Origin: a virus
Direction: 5' to 3' (one strand)
Virus record (IMG/VR): IMGVR_UViG_3300042894_002308
Span: 71,769-135,768 of that record
Length of the DNA stretch: 64,000 nucleotides
A program made the translations under genes and the position numbers. Positions within the stretch are counted from its first letter, which is position 1, and every line of letters starts with the position of its first letter. Under the pieces are notes generated by a model that was not told the origin of the DNA, ran no database searches, and was given only the letters and a program-made list of their open reading frames with translations. This document shows positions 59,927-64,000 of this stretch, in pieces.

Positions 59927-60044
59927 AAAATTATTTATTTGCAAATCAAAAGATCTGTGGTACCTTACAGTCTTTTAAGACCTTAAAGGGTACAAGTACC
60001 TCTAGAGATACTATAGATAAACATATAAAGTAATATATAAAGTA

Positions 60045-60248
60045 TTATCTAAAGGTATCTTTAGATGGTATAAAGTTACCTAATAAGTTACTTCTAATAT
60101 CTTTAGGTACTTTAAGTTCTTGTGAAATTTGAGAAGGAGCAAAGCCAATATTCTCATTCATTAATTGAAGAGGGCTTGGTCTGTTCTTATATTGTGCTTG
60201 AACATTTCTGATGGCATCTTCTAAGGAATTTTTCGGTCTAGATCTCAT
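60045..60248 (-). CDS. Hypothetical protein
   Basis: ATG 5 nt after TATAAATA. Confidence 0.55.
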   Translation of the reverse strand: MRSRPKNSLEDAIRNVQAQYKNRPSPLQLMNENIGFAPSQISQELKVPKDIRSNLLGNFIPSKDTFR

Positions 60249-60316
60249 AAATTTATTTATATTGTATTCAAACACATATGTTTCATAAATATTTTTATTA
60301 CATCAAAAGGATTCTC

Positions 60317-60661
60317 ATGGATTACATGACAAACTATTATAAAAATTTATCTGAACAACTTCAAGAACAAATTAATTTAATAGAAGCAGGATTAAAAAGA
60401 GCACTCAGTTCTGGCAATCCTGAACTAATGAAAAAAGAACTTGCAAAAAGAAGAGCAAAAAAAGATAGACTTCAAGACGAAGAAGCAAAACTTAATAGAC
60501 TTCCTAATTTTAGAGGTGCAGGTGCTGCTCATGGAAAATTTATGCAAGGACAAGCCTTAAAGCAAGGAATTGAAGATCTTGCTATGCCACTAGACTCTAT
60601 GGGTGTTCGTACCGGTATCAGAATCGATGAACTTCCACCAGAAAAATCTCGGAAGTATTAA
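60317..60661 (+). CDS. Putative internal head protein, leader family A
   Basis: MDYMTNYYKNLSEQLQEQINLIE leader; late promoter and SD. Confidence 0.6.
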   Translation: MDYMTNYYKNLSEQLQEQINLIEAGLKRALSSGNPELMKKELAKRRAKKDRLQDEEAKLNRLPNFRGAGAAHGKFMQGQALKQGIEDLAMPLDSMGVRTGIRIDELPPEKSRKY

Positions 60662-60698
60662 ATAATTTACTCAAGAAAGAAAGAAACTAAATAATATT

Positions 60699-61205
60699 AT
60701 GAATTACCTAACAAACTATTACAAAAACTTGTCCGAACAACTCCAAGAAGAACTCAACAACCTTGAGAACGTAATTTTGGAATATCGAAAAACCAAAACA
60801 CAACGTGTTGATATTACTGACATCGAAAATGATGGAGAAGAAGTTCCGCTAATTCACGGCAGAGTTGTCACCAAGAAAGGCAAGCCTGCAGGTAAAGGTG
60901 CAGCCAAGGAGAGAGATGTAGCCTTCTATCCCGGTATGGGCTCAATGCCAAACTATCGTGGAAATGATGAAGCCGATGCAGAGGAAGCAATTGCTGACTG
61001 GGGTCGTCCAACCGTAGACAATAATCCAATCTGGGCAAATATGATGGGTAGAGGACCAGCCCAAGATGTAAGACGAGCAGAACTTTTTAATCCTAACCGA
61101 TTTGGTCCCGATAGAGGTCATAATAGACCAGGAACTGGACAAAAAGCAAAGAAAAAGGCACAAGCAATTCGTTCAGCCGAGTATGATAGAAAACATCCTC
61201 GTTAA
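60699..61205 (+). CDS. Putative internal head protein, leader family A
   Basis: MNYLTNYYKNLSEQLQEELNNLENVILE leader; TAAATA 5 nt before ATG. Confidence 0.6.
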   Translation: MNYLTNYYKNLSEQLQEELNNLENVILEYRKTKTQRVDITDIENDGEEVPLIHGRVVTKKGKPAGKGAAKERDVAFYPGMGSMPNYRGNDEADAEEAIADWGRPTVDNNPIWANMMGRGPAQDVRRAELFNPNRFGPDRGHNRPGTGQKAKKKAQAIRSAEYDRKHPR

Positions 61206-61232
61206 GTTTTAAAAATTTAAAAATACAAAAAG

Positions 61233-61260
61233 AAAGGGATCCAAATTTTGGATCCCTTTT
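61233..61260. terminator. Palindromic terminator
   Basis: aaagggatccaaa-t-tttggatcccttt between convergent genes. Confidence 0.75.
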
Positions 61261-61284
61261 TCATTCCTAGAATGGCTTGTGAGC

Positions 61285-61446
61285 TTACTTGGCTGCAGGA
61301 GCCTGTACAGCCGGTTTAACCACAACGGGTTCCGTAGCGTGGCTATTAGCCCAGGTAAACACAATTACAGCAAGAACACCGACTGCAACAAGAATCCAGG
61401 TAGTGGACGAAACGTTCTTCACAAAGTTCTTAATCTTATCAATCAT
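61285..61446 (-). CDS. Small single-pass membrane protein (53 aa)
   Basis: Own translation MIDKIKNFVKNVSSTTWILVAVGVLAVIVFTWANSHATEPVVVKPAVQAPAAK; SD aaggag. Confidence 0.7.
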   Translation of the reverse strand: MIDKIKNFVKNVSSTTWILVAVGVLAVIVFTWANSHATEPVVVKPAVQAPAAK

Positions 61447-61517
61447 AGTATCTCCTTTAAAAGACTATTTAGGTCTCTCAGCACCCACCCCCTTTTTTCG
61501 GTTTTATAAATATTTTC

Positions 61518-61991
61518 ATGAAATCCTTCAAACAATATCTGCTTGAGTATGACACAAATAACAAACCCATGCCAGGATATTCCTATGATGAGCAGGAACC
61601 AGAACTTCGATCAGATGAAGACGCAGAAAAGACCAAAGAATGGTACACAAATGTAGCAGGTGATGGCGAACCATCAAGAACCCGCTCTGGTGATACACAA
61701 GTATATCAATCAGAGGTTGATTTAGAAGGAAGACCAACAGGACGTACAATGTCTTCAACCGTAATGTCTCCTGAAAATAAAGCTAGAGAAGAAGAAATGG
61801 AAAGTGCTTATTTAAAACAAAAATGGGAAGGTGATGTAAATACAAGAATCTTAGATAATCAAAGAAAACCTAAGTTTAAAACTGAAGATGACAGAAATAA
61901 TGAATTTCTTCGTATAAAATTTAAAGAAGAACCAATACGAGCAAGAGATATTCCACGAACAACAGGTGTTCCAATGGATGACTTAGCATAA
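61518..61991 (+). CDS. Putative internal head protein
   Basis: MKSFKQYLLE leader; TATAAATA 5 nt before ATG. Confidence 0.65.
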   Translation: MKSFKQYLLEYDTNNKPMPGYSYDEQEPELRSDEDAEKTKEWYTNVAGDGEPSRTRSGDTQVYQSEVDLEGRPTGRTMSSTVMSPENKAREEEMESAYLKQKWEGDVNTRILDNQRKPKFKTEDDRNNEFLRIKFKEEPIRARDIPRTTGVPMDDLA

Positions 61992-62016
61992 TCCTTCAAA
62001 ATTTATAAATAATTTT

Positions 62017-62583
62017 ATGTCATACTCATTTTTCCCTAACGATTTTACCAGTCTTCCAAATCTTCAAGATCAAGCCTTCTTGATGAAGCAGAAGCAAGTA
62101 AATGAAGCAAGCCGTCCAACTTTCATTCCTCTCACTACTGCCTATGATGACAGTAATGATCCAGCACCAAATATTGCAGCCCGAACAGACGAAGAAGAAC
62201 AAGATCTTCGTGTAGATCAGGTAGATAACTTTGGTGGGGAGTATCCAGGTGCTGAGTATGCTCAAATGGCTAGATCACTTAATCATTATAATGATGCTCA
62301 TCTACGAACTGGATCTAAAATATTCTTAGATAGACAACAAGCTTTACGTGATGCTTTATCTAAACCACATAGAGGTCGTCCACTGTCAACTTACGGAAAC
62401 CATACACCAACACATCAAAAAGCAGTAGCTGATTTTTATCAATCCTATAAGACACCACAAGAGTTAATAGATCAAGGTGAAGGACAAAAGATAATGAGTG
62501 ATGTAAGTAGGCAAGTACTAAGAGCACACCCACAGTATGGAGCCTTTGTACAGTTACAAAATTCACGTCCAAGAGTTGATTAA
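62017..62583 (+). CDS. Hypothetical late protein
   Basis: TATAAATA 5 nt before ATG. Confidence 0.6.
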   Translation: MSYSFFPNDFTSLPNLQDQAFLMKQKQVNEASRPTFIPLTTAYDDSNDPAPNIAARTDEEEQDLRVDQVDNFGGEYPGAEYAQMARSLNHYNDAHLRTGSKIFLDRQQALRDALSKPHRGRPLSTYGNHTPTHQKAVADFYQSYKTPQELIDQGEGQKIMSDVSRQVLRAHPQYGAFVQLQNSRPRVD

Positions 62584-62607
62584 GTAATACTTTAAAAATT
62601 TTAAATA

Positions 62608-62643
62608 AACTTTTGGGCTCCTTCTGGGGGCCCAAATTTTTTT
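62608..62643 (+). terminator. Hairpin terminator ending the late block
   Basis: tttgggctcc-ttctg-ggggcccaaa followed by T run. Confidence 0.65.
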
Positions 62644-62645
62644 AT

Positions 62646-62705
62646 GGCATATGAGGTATTTGGCTATAGGGGGCCCGGGAAATTTTTAAGGCATATGAGG
62701 TATTT
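62646..62705. repeat. 16-bp exact direct repeat ggcatatgaggtattt x2
   Basis: Copies at 62646-62661 and 62690-62705. Confidence 0.85.
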
Positions 62706-62836
62706 TGAGAATTTTAAAGAAAATCTGAGAAGGCCGGGAGCTAGCCCGTCCGATAACCGGAATCCTATATGGGACCCGCTGCACTGTTTGGACACGGCCA
62801 CCCCCCCACCCCTAATATTAATTTAATAATAATATA

Positions 62837-62866
62837 ACACCACAGCCCCTTGCGGGGCTGTGGTGT
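62837..62866 (-). terminator. Hairpin terminator (GCAA loop)
   Basis: acaccacagcccc-ttgc-ggggctgtggtgt. Confidence 0.85.
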
Positions 62867-62875
62867 GTGGGTAGG

Positions 62876-63103
62876 TTATGAGTCGAACTCGGGACAGTCA
62901 TACCCATCGCGGTCATCGCCATAGGGGTCCGTGTCGTCATCGTCCTGCGTGCTACGCGGGTCGGCGTCCCAACACGCCTCTGCGCGAACGTCCTCATAAC
63001 ATTCCTCGCATGCGCCGAACTGGGGGTCCAGCTGTACGTCTGGGGCGTGACCGCAGTACTGGCAGGTGCGAGGGGTTTCAGCGTTAGTGGTGGTGCAGCT
63101 CAT
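62876..63103 (-). CDS. Small acidic CxxC...CxxC protein (early)
   Basis: CQYC...CEEC plus Asp-rich tail; start placed 6 nt after the -10. Confidence 0.7.
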   Translation of the reverse strand: MSCTTTNAETPRTCQYCGHAPDVQLDPQFGACEECYEDVRAEACWDADPRSTQDDDDTDPYGDDRDGYDCPEFDS

Positions 63104-63109
63104 GCACAT

Positions 63110-63138
63110 ATGATACCACAAATTTCATGGTAAGTCAA
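63110..63138 (-). promoter_or_regulatory. Early promoter TTGACT-N17-TATCAT
   Basis: Near-consensus with extended -10 and AT-rich upstream element. Confidence 0.85.
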
Positions 63139-63163
63139 GCGCATGGGTGAATTTATTTAATAT

Positions 63164-63195
63164 CCACAGCCCCCCCTCAGAGGGGGGGGCTGTGG
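63164..63195 (-). terminator. Hairpin terminator
   Basis: ccacagccccccc...gggggggctgtgg, same outer stem as 62837. Confidence 0.8.
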
Positions 63196-63239
63196 TTGGC
63201 TAGGCAATGCAGGTCACAGCCCAAGCGGCCTTGCTAGGC

Positions 63240-63500
63240 TCACATCTCGCCCCATCCTGCACTCTCTAGCCATGCGTTGTCTGCATCCCAATCATCCTGG
63301 CTCATGCGGCCGCAGGCGTCAGCGAATCGCTGAGTGTCCAACTCAGCCTCCTGCTCGCGTGCGTTCCATTCAGCCTCGCGCTGATTATCCTCCGCGATAC
63401 GGTCGCGCTCATCGCGCTCCGCGTCACATGACGGGCAGGCGGTGCCGTGGTTGGCATACTCGGGGCGGTGGCAGATGCAATTGTCGTTGTTGGTGCTCAT
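63240..63500 (-). CDS. Small acidic Zn-finger-like protein (early)
   Basis: CICH...CPSC, acidic helix, C-terminal WLESAGWG. Confidence 0.7.
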   Translation of the reverse strand: MSTNNDNCICHRPEYANHGTACPSCDAERDERDRIAEDNQREAEWNAREQEAELDTQRFADACGRMSQDDWDADNAWLESAGWGEM

Positions 63501-63506
63501 GCACCA

Positions 63507-63535
63507 ATTGTAACCGATGATTGAATGAAAGTCAA
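63507..63535 (-). promoter_or_regulatory. Early promoter TTGACT-N17-TACAAT
   Basis: 6 nt before ATG 63500. Confidence 0.85.
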
Positions 63536-63610
63536 TACCACTACAATAATATATTTCATGCGGCCATGTTATCGGCCATACAAATTGTTATAATATTCCG
63601 TTGCCTGCTA

Positions 63611-63639
63611 TTGACTTTCATTTAATTCTGTGTTACAAT
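63611..63639 (+). promoter_or_regulatory. Early promoter TTGACT-N17-TACAAT
   Basis: Inverted near-copy of 63507-63535; 6 nt before GTG 63646. Confidence 0.85.
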
Positions 63640-63645
63640 ATATTC

Positions 63646-64000
63646 GTGCTACAGAACACCACCTCCACCCGTCCGATCCACTTCCACCTCTCAGCCTCGA
63701 CCGCGAAGCCTGAATGCCGTGCCATCCTGCTCGACCTGCCGACTTCGCCGATTGATCGCTCCGCGTACCTCTACAGCGTCCTCGACTCCGGTTGGCTGCG
63801 CGTGATGTACCGCAAGTCAGACGGTACGCAGACGAGCCGACTCTGCACTCGCAACCCTACGCTTGTGGCTAGCCTCGGAGACAAGCGCGATCTCTCCGCG
63901 ATCAAGAACTCGGAGTTCAGTCAGACGGCACTTGAAACCATCGTGTACTACGATTACTGCGCGGGTGCCATCCGTGCCTTCCGCGTGGATCGGGTTGACT
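63646..64000 (+). CDS. WYL_2/SH3-like domain protein (partial)
   Basis: Own translation open to window end: ...VMYRKSDGTQTSRLCTRNP...IVYYDYCAGAIRAFRVDRV. Confidence 0.7.
   Translation, partial: MLQNTTSTRPIHFHLSASTAKPECRAILLDLPTSPIDRSAYLYSVLDSGWLRVMYRKSDGTQTSRLCTRNPTLVASLGDKRDLSAIKNSEFSQTALETIVYYDYCAGAIRAFRVDRVD

Noticed and set aside
59945-60110. Cluster of short palindromes (ggtacc, tctaga, atctaaag/ctttagat) as an origin or ncRNA
   Set aside because: Short, AT-rich and partly within a CDS; indistinguishable from chance by eye
61279-61546. + strand ORFs of 76 and 85 aa
   Set aside because: A - strand 53-aa membrane ORF with a strong SD explains the region better
62644-62826. 60-aa ORF over the direct repeats
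   Set aside because: No promoter or SD; overlaps terminator tail and repeats
1-64000. Stop-codon reassignment, introns, inteins, tRNAs
   Set aside because: Core genes translate full-length in the standard code at normal sizes; no tRNA-like sequence recognised

Overview
A 64-kb segment of an AT-rich T4-like (gp23/gp55/gp33-type) myophage genome; no host genes, rRNA, tRNA or CRISPR arrays were seen. In order: two collagen-repeat tail fibre genes and a TPR-GT2 glycosyltransferase; a replication/transcription block (regA, gp62, gp44, gp45, gp46, gp47, gp55); an ~8-kb very AT-rich sugar island (gmd, ColD-like dehydratase, SDR, GT10 x2, GT11, GT25, FkbM); uvsY/uvsW; head genes; a strikingly shrunken tail/baseplate module; gp32/gp33; Gly/Cys-rich virion proteins; denV-like, guaC and a deaminase; candidate capsid-internal proteins; and from ~62.7 kb an abrupt GC-rich block of single-gene early units. 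Best candidate for an undescribed system: virion-wide protein glycosylation, in which G-x-[T/S/C] motifs recur in outer structural proteins alongside a SunS-like GT2-TPR and a GDP-colitose/fucose-type pathway. Also notable: a miniaturised tail (142-aa ORF in the tape-measure slot, no gp5 here, split hub), a probable -1 frameshift joining gp26 and gp51, and pervasive leaderless promoter-to-start geometry. All calls come from motif recognition and synteny by eye; no searches were run.
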